Source: Oscillospiraceae bacterium
Lineage (GTDB): Bacteria; Bacillota; Clostridia; Oscillospirales; Oscillospiraceae
Direction: 5' to 3'
DNA length: 24,000 nucleotides
Assembly: GCA_016293865.1 (NCBI GenBank)
Contig: JAEDDG010000024.1
Coordinates: 1,048 to 25,047, forward strand
The translations under genes and the position numbers were made by a program. Below are positions 15,262 through 23,681 of this stretch, one piece after another. Under the pieces are notes generated by a model that saw only the letters and a list, made by a program, of their open reading frames with translations, was not told the DNA's origin and made no database searches. The stretch's first letter is position 1, and the number at the start of each line of letters is the position of its first letter.

Positions 15262-16620
15262 ATGATCAGCCATTCTGATATTATCCGCACGCTGGAAATG
15301 ATTGATCACCAGCATCTGGATATCCGCACCATTACCATGGGCATATCACTGCGCGACTGTGCGGATCCTGACGTGCGCCGCTGTGCGGAAAAAATTTATG
15401 ATAAAATCACCCGCTGCGCCGACAAACTGGTGGAGACCGGGTGCCAGATTGAAAATGAACTGGGCATTCCGATTGTCCATAAGCGCATTTCCGTTACGCC
15501 TGCGGCATTGGTTGCCGAGGCCTGTCAGACGGAGGACTACGTGCCCATTGCCCGGGCAATGGACGATGCAGCCAAGGCCTGCGGCGTCAATTTTATCGGC
15601 GGATTCTCTGCGCTTGTCCACAAAGGCTGTACAGTGGGAGACCGGCGCCTGATCGGGTCTATTCCAGAGGCGCTTGCCGTTACGGAGCGGGTTTGCTCCA
15701 GCGTCAATGTGGCCACGACCCGCGCGGGAATCAATATGGACGCTGTGGCGCAGATGGGCCGCGTGATTAAGCGCACGGCGGAGCTGACGGCGGAAAGCGG
15801 CGGCCTCGGCTGTGCCAAACTGGTGGTTTTTTCCAACGCGGTGGAGGATAACCCGTTTATGGCCGGCGCATTTCACGGCGTGGGAGAGCCGGAGTGCGTG
15901 ATCAATGTGGGAGTATCCGGCCCGGGCGTTGTGTATCATGCGCTGAAAGGCGTACGCGGCGCTTCCTTTGATGTCGTAGCCGAAACGGTTAAAAAGACGG
16001 CCTTCCAGATTACGCGGATGGGTGAGCTTGTGGCGCAGGAGGCGTCCCGGCGGCTGGGTGTTCCCTTTGGCGTAGTGGATCTGTCCCTGGCACCGACGCC
16101 GGCAAAGGGGGACAGCGTGGCCCGCATTCTGGAGGAAATGGGGCTGGAAACCTGCGGGACGCATGGAACCACCGCTGCGCTGGCGCTGCTGAACGATGCG
16201 GTCAAAAAAGGCGGCGTGATGGCGTCCAGCCACGTGGGCGGCCTTTCCGGCGCATTTATCCCCGTCAGCGAGGACGAGGGAATGATAGAAGCCGCTGCCG
16301 GCGGAACGCTCTGTCTGGATAAGCTGGAGGCCATGACCTGCGTGTGCTCTGTGGGTCTTGACATGATTGCCGTTCCCGGCGATACGCCGGCGGAAACCAT
16401 TTCCGCCATCATCGCGGACGAAGCGGCAATCGGAATGGTGAACAACAAGACCACGGCAGTGCGTGTGATTCCCGTGCCGGGGAAAACCGTGGGGGACAAC
16501 GTGGAGTTCGGCGGACTTCTGGGCAGTGCGCCCGTTATGCCGCTGCATCCGGAGAGCAGCGCGGCCTTTATCGCCCGCGGCGGACGTATTCCGGCGCCGC
16601 TGCACAGCCTGCGCAACTGA
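15262..16620 (+). CDS. UPF0210 (DUF711, PFL-like) family protein
   Basis: 452 aa. [16 protein letters not shown] near the N-terminus and the typical pairing with the upstream UPF0237 ACT protein. Confidence 0.8.
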   Translation: MISHSDIIRTLEMIDHQHLDIRTITMGISLRDCADPDVRRCAEKIYDKITRCADKLVETGCQIENELGIPIVHKRISVTPAALVAEACQTEDYVPIARAMDDAAKACGVNFIGGFSALVHKGCTVGDRRLIGSIPEALAVTERVCSSVNVATTRAGINMDAVAQMGRVIKRTAELTAESGGLGCAKLVVFSNAVEDNPFMAGAFHGVGEPECVINVGVSGPGVVYHALKGVRGASFDVVAETVKKTAFQITRMGELVAQEASRRLGVPFGVVDLSLAPTPAKGDSVARILEEMGLETCGTHGTTAALALLNDAVKKGGVMASSHVGGLSGAFIPVSEDEGMIEAAAGGTLCLDKLEAMTCVCSVGLDMIAVPGDTPAETISAIIADEAAIGMVNNKTTAVRVIPVPGKTVGDNVEFGGLLGSAPVMPLHPESSAAFIARGGRIPAPLHSLRN

Positions 16621-16705
16621 TCTGCGGTACGGTGGATTTGTGCGGAAACGGTATTCATGCCGTTTACGGTATGAATGGCCGAAAAAGTACATCATCAGTT
16701 AATAT

Positions 16706-16743
16706 AAAGAGAGGATGAAACCAGATTTCATCCTCTCTTTTTG
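16706..16743. terminator. Bidirectional intrinsic terminator between convergent genes
   Basis: aaagagaggatgaaa (16706-16720), loop ccag, atttcatcctctcttt (16725-16740), followed by TT. A-rich 5' flank and T-rich 3' flank. Confidence 0.8.
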
Positions 16744-16776
16744 CGTTTGTTCACTTTTCGGCCGGTATTCCCTGTA

Positions 16777-17397
16777 TCAGTACTCAATAATGCGGAAACT
16801 GCCGTTATTCAGGGCGCTGTGTTCTGCGGGTACGCTGATGAGAATGTGCCATTGCCGGCTGCCGGCAGTCACGGTGCTGTCCGTTGTGCGTTCAATATAA
16901 ATTGAGCCGTCGCTGCCGAGACCGCTGACTACGGGGATTGTTGAAACATCTTCTTCGCTCAGCTGAAGAATCAAAAGGACATTTTCGTTAAAAAAACTGC
17001 TGGAATACGGACGCATGGCTTCTTCAAAACTCAGGGTGCCGCAGCGCTTGTCAAGACTGCAGCTGATCCGGTTGGCCTCATAATATGCGTCAAGCGACTC
17101 TTTGCTGTCCATGATGCGGATTTTTTCGGCCTGCCCGCTGCCGCCTGTGCGCAGGCTGACTGCCGTGCAGTTTTCAAGCTGCTCCGTCATCAGAACGGAG
17201 CTGTCTTCCGCAGGCGCCGATGCGGCAGGAGGTTCCGGTTCGGCTGTATCGTCACCGGGGATATCGTTGCCGGCAGCCGGGTATACATCGGCGGCGCCGC
17301 TGTCTGAAGGAGGCATGCCGGCCAGCGTGAAGGCCATGCCGCAGCCGAACAGCAGCGTCGACAGCGCCAGTGTGAGGCAAAAAATTTGTTTTTTCAT
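16777..17397 (-). CDS. Hypothetical secreted lipoprotein
   Basis: MKKQIFCLTLALSTLLFGCG gives a signal peptide with lipobox LFGC, followed by a low-complexity Pro/Ala/Asp linker. AAAGGAG RBS before ATG 17397 (the ORF-track GTG at 17400 is one codon upstream). Confidence 0.7.
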   Translation of the reverse strand: MKKQIFCLTLALSTLLFGCGMAFTLAGMPPSDSGAADVYPAAGNDIPGDDTAEPEPPAASAPAEDSSVLMTEQLENCTAVSLRTGGSGQAEKIRIMDSKESLDAYYEANRISCSLDKRCGTLSFEEAMRPYSSSFFNENVLLILQLSEEDVSTIPVVSGLGSDGSIYIERTTDSTVTAGSRQWHILISVPAEHSALNNGSFRIIEY

Positions 17398-17476
17398 CAC
17401 GCGCTCCTTTCGTACCGTACTGCTCTGTGCTCTTCGGTTTAACGACGGGCAATGCGGTGCGAAAGTTCCGGAAAGT

Positions 17477-18133
17477 TTATCGATGTATCAAAAATTTATT
17501 TTTTGTAAATGAAATGATTCCACTTTGTTGCATTTTGGAAAGCTCGGCGCACATGGCGCTGCGGTCAACTGCGAGGAAGTCCGCCAGCTGCTGCCGGTTG
17601 AATGGAATCTCAAAGCTGTCGCTTCCGGCCAGATGCGCCTGCTCGGACAGATAGGACATCAGCTTTTCACGTGTGGTGCGGCAGGACATGTGCATCAGCT
17701 TCCGGTTCAGCTGCAGCGACTGTGTAGAAATGCTGAGCAGGAGATTTTCAATCATTTTGGAGTGACGCTGGCAGGATTTTGTGCAGGGAGCTGAGATTTT
17801 GTCAATGGGGATCAGCATGACCGTGCAGCGCTCAACAGCAATTATGCTGACATCCAGCGGCAGGGAAGAGGCCGCATAAACCTCGGCAAACAGACTTCCT
17901 GCGGGCTTGACAGCGAGAATATTCCGCCGTCCCCAGATGTCCTCGCGGATTATATGCGCGCTGCCTTCCAGTAAAAGCCCGATGCTGTCCGTGCTGTCTC
18001 CGTTGCACAGGATATAGGCGCCGCGCTCGAACCGGCGGATTGCCGGGGAAAGGCATTTCAGAAGGTTTTTGATCTCATCCTGGCCGATTCCGGAAAACAG
18101 CACATTTTTTTCAAGAACATTTAAGGTGTCCAT
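17477..18133 (-). CDS. Crp/Fnr family transcriptional regulator
   Basis: N-terminal cNMP-binding-like domain (LFSGIGQDEIKNLL...) and C-terminal HTH (REKLMSYLSEQ...IPFNRQQLADFLAVDRSAMCAELSKMQQSGII). Confidence 0.85.
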   Translation of the reverse strand: MDTLNVLEKNVLFSGIGQDEIKNLLKCLSPAIRRFERGAYILCNGDSTDSIGLLLEGSAHIIREDIWGRRNILAVKPAGSLFAEVYAASSLPLDVSIIAVERCTVMLIPIDKISAPCTKSCQRHSKMIENLLLSISTQSLQLNRKLMHMSCRTTREKLMSYLSEQAHLAGSDSFEIPFNRQQLADFLAVDRSAMCAELSKMQQSGIISFTKNKFLIHR

Positions 18134-18209
18134 CCGTTTTTCTCCCTGTGGTTTGTTTTTCTGCTGTTTATGCGGCGCCGGACTGCGGGGACACAGCCGT
18201 CCGCAGCGG

Positions 18210-18241
18210 GAAAAAGCCTCCGGCCTTGATGCCGGAGGCTT
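18210..18241 (-). terminator. Intrinsic terminator after the ior-UPF0340 operon
   Basis: agcctccggc / gccggaggct (18215-18224 and 18231-18240). On the minus strand it is followed by a U-run (plus-strand AAAAA at 18211-18215). Confidence 0.8.
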
Positions 18242-18247
18242 TCAGCT

Positions 18248-18793
18248 TCAGTAAAGACGCTCGTCGTAAACGGCACGGCATCCGCCGACAAATTTCGGAC
18301 GCACCCGTGCGGCCAGCAGAATGGCGCTGCCGATGTGGTCCAGCTTCAGGCGGACAGGCACGGCAACTTTTTTCAGGTGCATGCCGATCAGCGTCCCACC
18401 GATGTCCAGACCGGCATCCGCCCGGATCTCCTCGACTGCGACGGGATCTGAAAAACCGTGATAGGCGGCGGTGGCAAAAGAGCCGCCAGCCTTCGGCTGA
18501 GGAACAACGTTGACAATGTCAGCGCCGGGCACCGCAGCGCGCTCAATGATGATGGAGCGGTTCAGATGCTCGCAGCACTGCGCAGCCAGCCAGATTCCAC
18601 GCTCCTGCAGCACGCCGTAAATGCCGGAGAAGACAGCCTGGGCAACCTCGGGAACGGAATTTTTGCCGATATGGAACCCGAGAATTTCACTGGTGGAACA
18701 GCCGACGACCATAATGCTGCCCTTTGAAAGATGCGCCGTTTCGCACAGCTCACGCGCAGCGTCTGCTGCGAGCTGCTTGTAATTGATATCCAT
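18248..18793 (-). CDS. UPF0340 / TIGR01440 (YwlG-like, DUF436) family protein
   Basis: 181 aa. GSIMVVGCSTSEILG, CCEHLNRSIIIER and DAGLDIGGTLIGMHLK resemble B. subtilis YwlG-type proteins. Lies 32 nt downstream of iorB on the same strand. Confidence 0.75.
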   Translation of the reverse strand: MDINYKQLAADAARELCETAHLSKGSIMVVGCSTSEILGFHIGKNSVPEVAQAVFSGIYGVLQERGIWLAAQCCEHLNRSIIIERAAVPGADIVNVVPQPKAGGSFATAAYHGFSDPVAVEEIRADAGLDIGGTLIGMHLKKVAVPVRLKLDHIGSAILLAARVRPKFVGGCRAVYDERLY

Positions 18794-18825
18794 ACAGAAT
18801 CACCTTCCGGAAAATTGGTACCGAA

Positions 18826-19398
18826 TCAGACCATGGACATGCCGCGATGGATGGCGGCGATATTCACATCCACAAAAGCGGGCTTGACGTTTTCGCGGAT
18901 GATCGTATCCCAGTCGATCTGTGTGAGCTCCATGGTTTTAATGATTGTGCCGAGCAGGACAATGTTCATGACACGGGGATTGCCCAGCTCCTGCGCAGCC
19001 TGTGCGGCGTCGACAAAGCTGGTTTTCGCCGCTTTTTCCAGTTCCTCAGCGATGTTGTCCGGGTAAACGGCGTCGCCGTTGATGACCGGCATGGGATTCA
19101 TGCGGTAGTTGTTGACAACAACGCGGCCGTCCGGTTTCAGGAACGGAATGCTGCGCAAAGCTTCCATCAGCTCAAAGCTGACAATCATATCGGCGCTGCC
19201 CTGTTCAATAACGGGGGACAGGACCCGGTCGCCGTAGCGCACCTGGGAGGAGACAGAACCGCCGCGCTGGCTCATGCCGTGGATTTCACTCATTTTCACG
19301 TCATAGCCGGCCTTCATCAGGCCCAGCGTCAGAAGTTTGGAGGCAAGAATGGTGCCCTGACCGCCTACGCCGACCAGAAGAATACTTTTGGTTTCCAT
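18826..19398 (-). CDS. iorB: Indolepyruvate:ferredoxin oxidoreductase beta subunit
   Basis: 190 aa. SILLVGVGGQGTILASKLL and HGMSQRGGSVSSQVRYG are typical of IorB. Its start lies 1 nt after the iorA stop. Confidence 0.85.
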   Translation of the reverse strand: METKSILLVGVGGQGTILASKLLTLGLMKAGYDVKMSEIHGMSQRGGSVSSQVRYGDRVLSPVIEQGSADMIVSFELMEALRSIPFLKPDGRVVVNNYRMNPMPVINGDAVYPDNIAEELEKAAKTSFVDAAQAAQELGNPRVMNIVLLGTIIKTMELTQIDWDTIIRENVKPAFVDVNIAAIHRGMSMV

Positions 19399-19399
19399 G

Positions 19400-21181
19400 T
19401 TATCTTTCCTCCTTCACGATTGCATGCTTCGGGCAAATCTGCGCGCATACGGTGCAGCCGAGGCACTGCATGCGGTCAACAACGGCCTTGTTCGCCGTTT
19501 TGTCGATGGAAAGCGCAGGACATCCGGCGCGCATGCAGAGCTTGCAGCCGATGCACCTGGACTGGTCCACGATCATTTTGTCCGTGTATGCGCCGGTAAA
19601 TTCATTTTTGTCCTCTTTGGAGAAACGCTTGAGTGCGCAGGGCCAGCGGGTAATGATGACGCTGGGTTCATCCAGCGCGAGGAATTCATCCAGAGTCTCG
19701 CGCACGGAAGCAACATCGTTCGGATCAATGGTGCGGATGTGACGGAAGCCGAAGGCTTTGACAATGTCCTCAATTCTGACCGCGTAGGTCGGATCGCCGG
19801 CGGCCGTATAACCGGTGCCCGGGTTTTCCTGATGACCGGTCATGCCGGTGATGCGGTTGTCGAGAATGACATTGACCGTGCTGCCGCCGTTGTATGCCGT
19901 GTTCAGCAGGCTGGTCATGCCGCTGTGGAAGAATGTGCTGTCGCCCAAAACGGTGACCACCTTCTTGTCCTCACCGGCCTGTTTGAAAATATTTTCTGCG
20001 CCATGTCCCATGCTCATGGATGCGCCCATGCAGATGCAGGCGTCCAGCGCATTGAAGGGGCTGGCGCTGCCCAGCGTGTAGCAGCCGATGTCGCCGGTAA
20101 TGACCACATTTTTGCGGCGCCCGATCTCATAGAAGAAACCTCTGTGCGGGCAGCCGGCGCAGAGCGTGGGCGGACGGTTGACCGTCAGCGAAGCGTCGTG
20201 CTCCGGATAGAGTTTTGCCTGTCCGTAAAGACTGCGGCGCAGCGTGTCCGGCGTCATCTCACCCCAGGCGGGGAAGAGAGATTTGCCGGTGACGGCGAAG
20301 CCCAGAGATTTGACATAATCCTCTATGTAAGGATCGTTTTCCTCGATAATATAGATTTTTTCGCATTTTTCGCAGAATTCACGGATCAGCGCTTCAGGCA
20401 TCGGATTGGTCATGCCCAGCTTCAGATAGGATGCGGAGCCGCCGAAAACCTCCTGTGCATAGAAATAGCATATGCCGGAGCAGATGACGCCGACGGAAGT
20501 GTCATGGTATTCCGCGCGGTTCAGGGGAGAAGCTTCGCTGTATGCCTTCAGTTTTCCCAGACGCTGCTCGAGATTGACACGCAGTTTGCGGGCGACCGCG
20601 GGCACGCTGACATATTTGCCGATCTGGCGGGTGTACGGCTTGACGGGGACCTCGGTGCGGCCTTCGCCCACTTCGGTAATGGATTTGCTGTGGCACACGC
20701 GGGTGGTCATGCGCATCAGAACCGGCGTATCAAACTGCTCGCTGATTTCATAAGCGAGCCTGACCATGTCGTAGCATTCCTGGCTGTCGGAAGGCTCAAG
20801 CATGGGGATTTTCGCAGCTTTGGCGTAGTTGCGGTTGTCCTGCTCGTTCTGGGAGCTGTACATGCCGGGCTCGTCTGCTGTGACGATCAGGGTGCCGCCG
20901 TTAACGCCGGTATAAGCAAAGGTGAATATGGGGTCGGCGGCGACATTCACGCCCACATGCTTCATGGAGGCAAAGGCGCGGCCGCCGGCGATGGATGCAC
21001 CGATGGCGGCTTCCACGGCGACCTTCTCATTCGGCGCCCATTCTGCATGGATTTCCTTATACCGGGAGAGATTTTCAAGAATTTCAGTGCTGGGCGTGCC
21101 GGGATAAGCGGCGGCAAAACGGACACCGGATTCCCACACGGCGCGGGCAACGGCTTCGTTGCCGGTGAGTAGCTGTTTCAC
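19400..21181 (-). CDS. iorA: Indolepyruvate:ferredoxin oxidoreductase alpha subunit (TPP and 2x[4Fe-4S])
   Basis: KQLLTGNEAVARAVWESGVRFAAAYPGTPSTEI N-terminus, GDIGCYTLG, and C-terminal CIGCKLC...CP / CLGCTVCAQICP. GGAGG sits 8 nt before GTG 21181, preferred over the ORF-track TTG at 21196, which overlaps the RBS. Confidence 0.9.
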   Translation of the reverse strand: MKQLLTGNEAVARAVWESGVRFAAAYPGTPSTEILENLSRYKEIHAEWAPNEKVAVEAAIGASIAGGRAFASMKHVGVNVAADPIFTFAYTGVNGGTLIVTADEPGMYSSQNEQDNRNYAKAAKIPMLEPSDSQECYDMVRLAYEISEQFDTPVLMRMTTRVCHSKSITEVGEGRTEVPVKPYTRQIGKYVSVPAVARKLRVNLEQRLGKLKAYSEASPLNRAEYHDTSVGVICSGICYFYAQEVFGGSASYLKLGMTNPMPEALIREFCEKCEKIYIIEENDPYIEDYVKSLGFAVTGKSLFPAWGEMTPDTLRRSLYGQAKLYPEHDASLTVNRPPTLCAGCPHRGFFYEIGRRKNVVITGDIGCYTLGSASPFNALDACICMGASMSMGHGAENIFKQAGEDKKVVTVLGDSTFFHSGMTSLLNTAYNGGSTVNVILDNRITGMTGHQENPGTGYTAAGDPTYAVRIEDIVKAFGFRHIRTIDPNDVASVRETLDEFLALDEPSVIITRWPCALKRFSKEDKNEFTGAYTDKMIVDQSRCIGCKLCMRAGCPALSIDKTANKAVVDRMQCLGCTVCAQICPKHAIVKEER

Positions 21182-21239
21182 AGTTCTGTCCTCCAATATA
21201 GATTTTCCTGCTCTCTTTGAGACAAAATTACATCAAAAT

Positions 21240-21267
21240 ATTATAATCCTTTTTTACGCGGCAGTAA
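21240..21267 (-). promoter_or_regulatory. Sigma-A-like promoter of the ior operon
   Basis: Minus strand reads TTACTG (plus 21262-21267), 16-nt spacer, TATAAT (plus 21240-21245). Confidence 0.5.
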
Positions 21268-21317
21268 AGGATTCTTTTTAATTTCTCAGCATGCCGCCGC
21301 CGGAAAATACAGGGCAC

Positions 21318-21352
21318 GCAAAAAGCGGCAGGGATTCAGACTCTCCCTGCCG
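21318..21352 (-). terminator. Intrinsic terminator after the flavodoxin-family gene
   Basis: cggcaggga (21326-21334) pairs with tccctgccg (21344-21352). On the minus strand it is followed by CUUUUUG. Confidence 0.75.
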
Positions 21353-21369
21353 CCGGCTGCGGTATTTCG

Positions 21370-21813
21370 TTACAGTCCCTCGTAGAATGTACAGACGCTT
21401 TTCAGTTCGCATTCATCCGGATGCCCTTTGGCAATTCCGCCGACCAGTCTGAACGGGCCGAAGGTATCGAAACCGCGGCAGCCGAAGGTCCCGAGAACTG
21501 CGGCATTATGCTTCCCGACTGCCGCAGTGATGGCATTCGTATAGCGCTTGCTGCCAGAACCTGAACCGCAGGTGTAAATAAAAAAGGTCTGCTTATTCTG
21601 CGGCATGTGCGCCTGTGCGTATTCCAGCAGGGATTTTTGAAATCCGGAATAATAAATGCCTGACGCGAACCCGATCCGGTCATATGCGGATAAGTCGTCC
21701 GGGGGGTTTTCCGTTACATCAAACAAAGCGACGTCGTTTTTCTGCGCGATTGCATCCAGAAGCTTCTTTGTATTTCCGTGATGCCTGGAGTAATAAACAA
21801 TGGCGGTTTTCAT
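21370..21813 (-). CDS. Flavodoxin-family protein
   Basis: MKTAIVYYSRHHGNTKKLLDAI is a flavodoxin-like FMN phosphate-binding N-terminus. AGGGAGG sits 7 nt before ATG 21813. Confidence 0.75.
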   Translation of the reverse strand: MKTAIVYYSRHHGNTKKLLDAIAQKNDVALFDVTENPPDDLSAYDRIGFASGIYYSGFQKSLLEYAQAHMPQNKQTFFIYTCGSGSGSKRYTNAITAAVGKHNAAVLGTFGCRGFDTFGPFRLVGGIAKGHPDECELKSVCTFYEGL

Positions 21814-21856
21814 CAAATGCCCTCCCTATTGCGCACGCCGGATGAACAAAGCGGCT

Positions 21857-22204
21857 TCAGATCCGCTCAAACTGGTCCACATTGACCACAAAGAGGACGG
21901 CACCGCCGGTTTCCACCGGGACTGGCACAGTGTTGGCCATCATCATCGCCTGGTTGCCGGGAAGCATCGACGGCATGCAGGGCATATTCATCGTTACAGT
22001 ACGGCGTTCACCGCAGGCCTTTTTGATCAGATCAGCAACATTCGCCACTTTTTCGTCGTCAACACCGATCATCAGTGTTGTATTTCCGCGCCGGAGAAAG
22101 TTGCCGGTGGAGGCCAGCTTGGTGGACTGGTAGCCTGCGCCGCTGAGCGCTGAGGCGACGGCTTCATATGAATCGCTGCTGAAGATTGCAAAGACAAGCT
22201 TCAT
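21857..22204 (-). CDS. darA: PII-like cyclic-di-AMP receptor protein (DarA/PstA, YaaQ/DUF970 family)
   Basis: MKLVFAIF...YQSTKLASTGNFLRRGNTTLMIGVDDEKV...ETGGAVLFVVNVDQFERI is collinear with B. subtilis YaaQ (MKLIVAVV...[23 protein letters not shown]...). GGAGGG RBS before ATG 22204. The 46-codon N-terminal extension in the ORF track is rejected. Confidence 0.85.
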   Translation of the reverse strand: MKLVFAIFSSDSYEAVASALSGAGYQSTKLASTGNFLRRGNTTLMIGVDDEKVANVADLIKKACGERRTVTMNMPCMPSMLPGNQAMMMANTVPVPVETGGAVLFVVNVDQFERI

Positions 22205-22445
22205 TTTTATGCCCTCCGTTCTTCCGTGTCTGTTTGTTCTGTTCGCTTCATGAAGTTCAATGAGACCCGGAATTCTGTATTCCGCATGGGAAAAGGCAAA
22301 AAATATCCGGATCAGGTTTATTGTGTATCCAGTATGCGTCAATTTCCGCGATCCGTCAAGAGAAAGCGGAGACGGCTGACAAAAAGTCCGGACGGCTGCG
22401 AAACATCAGAGCCGCGGGCAGTTATAAAAGTTTTGTTACGAACAA

Positions 22446-22472
22446 TTGATTTTGTGATCTTTATGGTATAAT
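22446..22472 (+). promoter_or_regulatory. Extended -10 promoter upstream of the membrane-protein leader
   Basis: TGgTATAAT (22464-22472). A weak -35-like TTGATT (22446-22451) sits at a short 15-nt spacing. Confidence 0.45.
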
Positions 22473-22673
22473 ATTCAAGTATTTTTCTGCCGTTGTACAT
22501 GGACGCAGGGAATACGCAGATACATAGCGGAAGTTTCCAGAGACATTGCCGCCTGCGCCGGCAATGCTAACGCAGGAGTGGCCCGGACAGGCGGGATAAA
22601 CAATCCGGAATCTGCAGTGCGGATCCGGTCAATGAATACAGAGAAAACAGAATTGAGGAGAGTGCGCACATTG

Positions 22674-23453
22674 ATGCTCAAGAGAAAAAATCATTCGGCC
22701 CCTGTTGTTTATGTTGTCATGGGTCTGTTGGAGCTGTTCTGCTTTGCGATGCTTCTGCATTCGCTGATTACCGGTCAGTGGCTGTATGCGCTGATGTGTC
22801 TGGCAAATGCAGTTCTTGTTGTGACGCCGCAGCTTCTGCAGCGGTGGCTGGATCTGCAAATATCTGCGGTTTTTGAAATATTTCTGATGATTTTTACCAT
22901 TCTGGCCATTATTGTGGGTACGGTTCTGGATGTGTATTATCTCACAAACTGGCTGGATCTTGTGGTCCATGCGTTCAGCGGCTTCCTGGTTGCTGCCATT
23001 GGTTTTCAGCTGCACAGCATCATGAACCGGCATAGTCTTGAAACGCCCAGCCTGGCTTACCGTTGCGTGACGGCCTTCTGCGCGTCTCTGGCAGTGGCTG
23101 TGCTCTGGGAGTTCTGGGAGTATTTTGTTTTCTCGCTGTTTGATATGGATATGCAGCACGATTCCGTACTGAACAGGCTGTGCACCTCGTACTTTACAAA
23201 CAAGGACGGCGTCAGCGACATTTTTGAAAATGTCACATCCATGACGCTTGTGGCGGATGGCAAAACCTATGAGATCAACGGCTATCTGGATATGGGCTTT
23301 ATTGATACCATGACGGATATGCTGGCCTGCTTCGGCGGTACAATCGTCTTTCTGGTGGGTGTGTTTGCTGGGAAAGAGCGCTTTATTGAATTGTTTACGC
23401 CGCAGAGAAAGCTTACGGACGGTAAAAAAACGCGGGAGCCTGAAACAGTCTGA
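22674..23453 (+). CDS. Multi-pass membrane protein, possibly YjdF/DUF2238-like
   Basis: Several hydrophobic helices. WLDLVVHAFSGFLVAAIGF, LWEFWEYF and FIDTMTDMLACFGG resemble my recollection of DUF2238 motifs. The start is uncertain (ATG 22674, TTG 22671, or ATG 22632). GAGGAG at 22655-22660. Confidence 0.6.
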   Translation: MLKRKNHSAPVVYVVMGLLELFCFAMLLHSLITGQWLYALMCLANAVLVVTPQLLQRWLDLQISAVFEIFLMIFTILAIIVGTVLDVYYLTNWLDLVVHAFSGFLVAAIGFQLHSIMNRHSLETPSLAYRCVTAFCASLAVAVLWEFWEYFVFSLFDMDMQHDSVLNRLCTSYFTNKDGVSDIFENVTSMTLVADGKTYEINGYLDMGFIDTMTDMLACFGGTIVFLVGVFAGKERFIELFTPQRKLTDGKKTREPETV

Positions 23454-23603
23454 TCTGCAGGTTCTGTTTCCGGGCCGGCTGCGGACGCGGCCTGCCGGAC
23501 AGAAAATGAAATCTGACTCTGCCGCAGTGAATTCCGGGCAGCGGTTTACCGTTTCTTTCAGTACTTTTGCCTGAGAATTTCCATGTTTCAGGCTAGCAAA
23601 TAC

Positions 23604-23632
23604 TGGACAGTCCGAAAAATTCGGTGTATAAT
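23604..23632 (+). promoter_or_regulatory. Sigma-A-like promoter of the MarR gene, with an embedded inverted repeat
   Basis: TGGACA (23604-23609), 17-nt spacer, TATAAT (23627-23632). The spacer contains CCGAA-AAA-TTCGG (23612-23624). Confidence 0.5.
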
Positions 23633-23681
23633 TAAAAACGGGCTTAATGTGCTTAATAATTTAACTGTGGAGAATTGGCAG

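Noticed and set aside
16650-16677. 12-bp hairpin (ggtattcatgccgt / acggtatgaatg) after the UPF0210 gene, considered as its terminator
   Set aside because: It has a very small loop and no U-tract. The much better terminator with a U-run lies at 16706-16743, so this was left unannotated as a possible processing or stability element.
16715-16900. 61-aa plus-strand ORF
   Set aside because: It starts inside the bidirectional terminator, runs antisense to the lipoprotein gene and has no RBS.
19388-21172. 594-aa plus-strand ORF
   Set aside because: It is antisense to iorA, which has clear TPP and Fe-S motifs. The translated sequence is Ala/Gly/Arg-rich with no domain signature, so it is a shadow ORF.
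22205-22342. 46-codon N-terminal extension of the darA ORF
   Set aside because: Homology to YaaQ/DarA begins at MKLVFAIF, and a GGAGGG RBS precedes that ATG (22204). The extension has no homolog-like features.
22446-22460. TTGATTTTGTGATC considered as an FNR/CRP box for the nearby Crp/Fnr regulator
   Set aside because: It is not a palindrome of the TTGAT-N4-ATCAA or TGTGA-N6-TCACA type. Only one half-site-like element is present.
22473-22673. c-di-AMP (ydaO/kimA-type) riboswitch, considered because darA is adjacent
   Set aside because: I could not find the pseudo-symmetric conserved elements I recall for that class (GGGGA...CCCA and GAAUC-type segments) in this leader.
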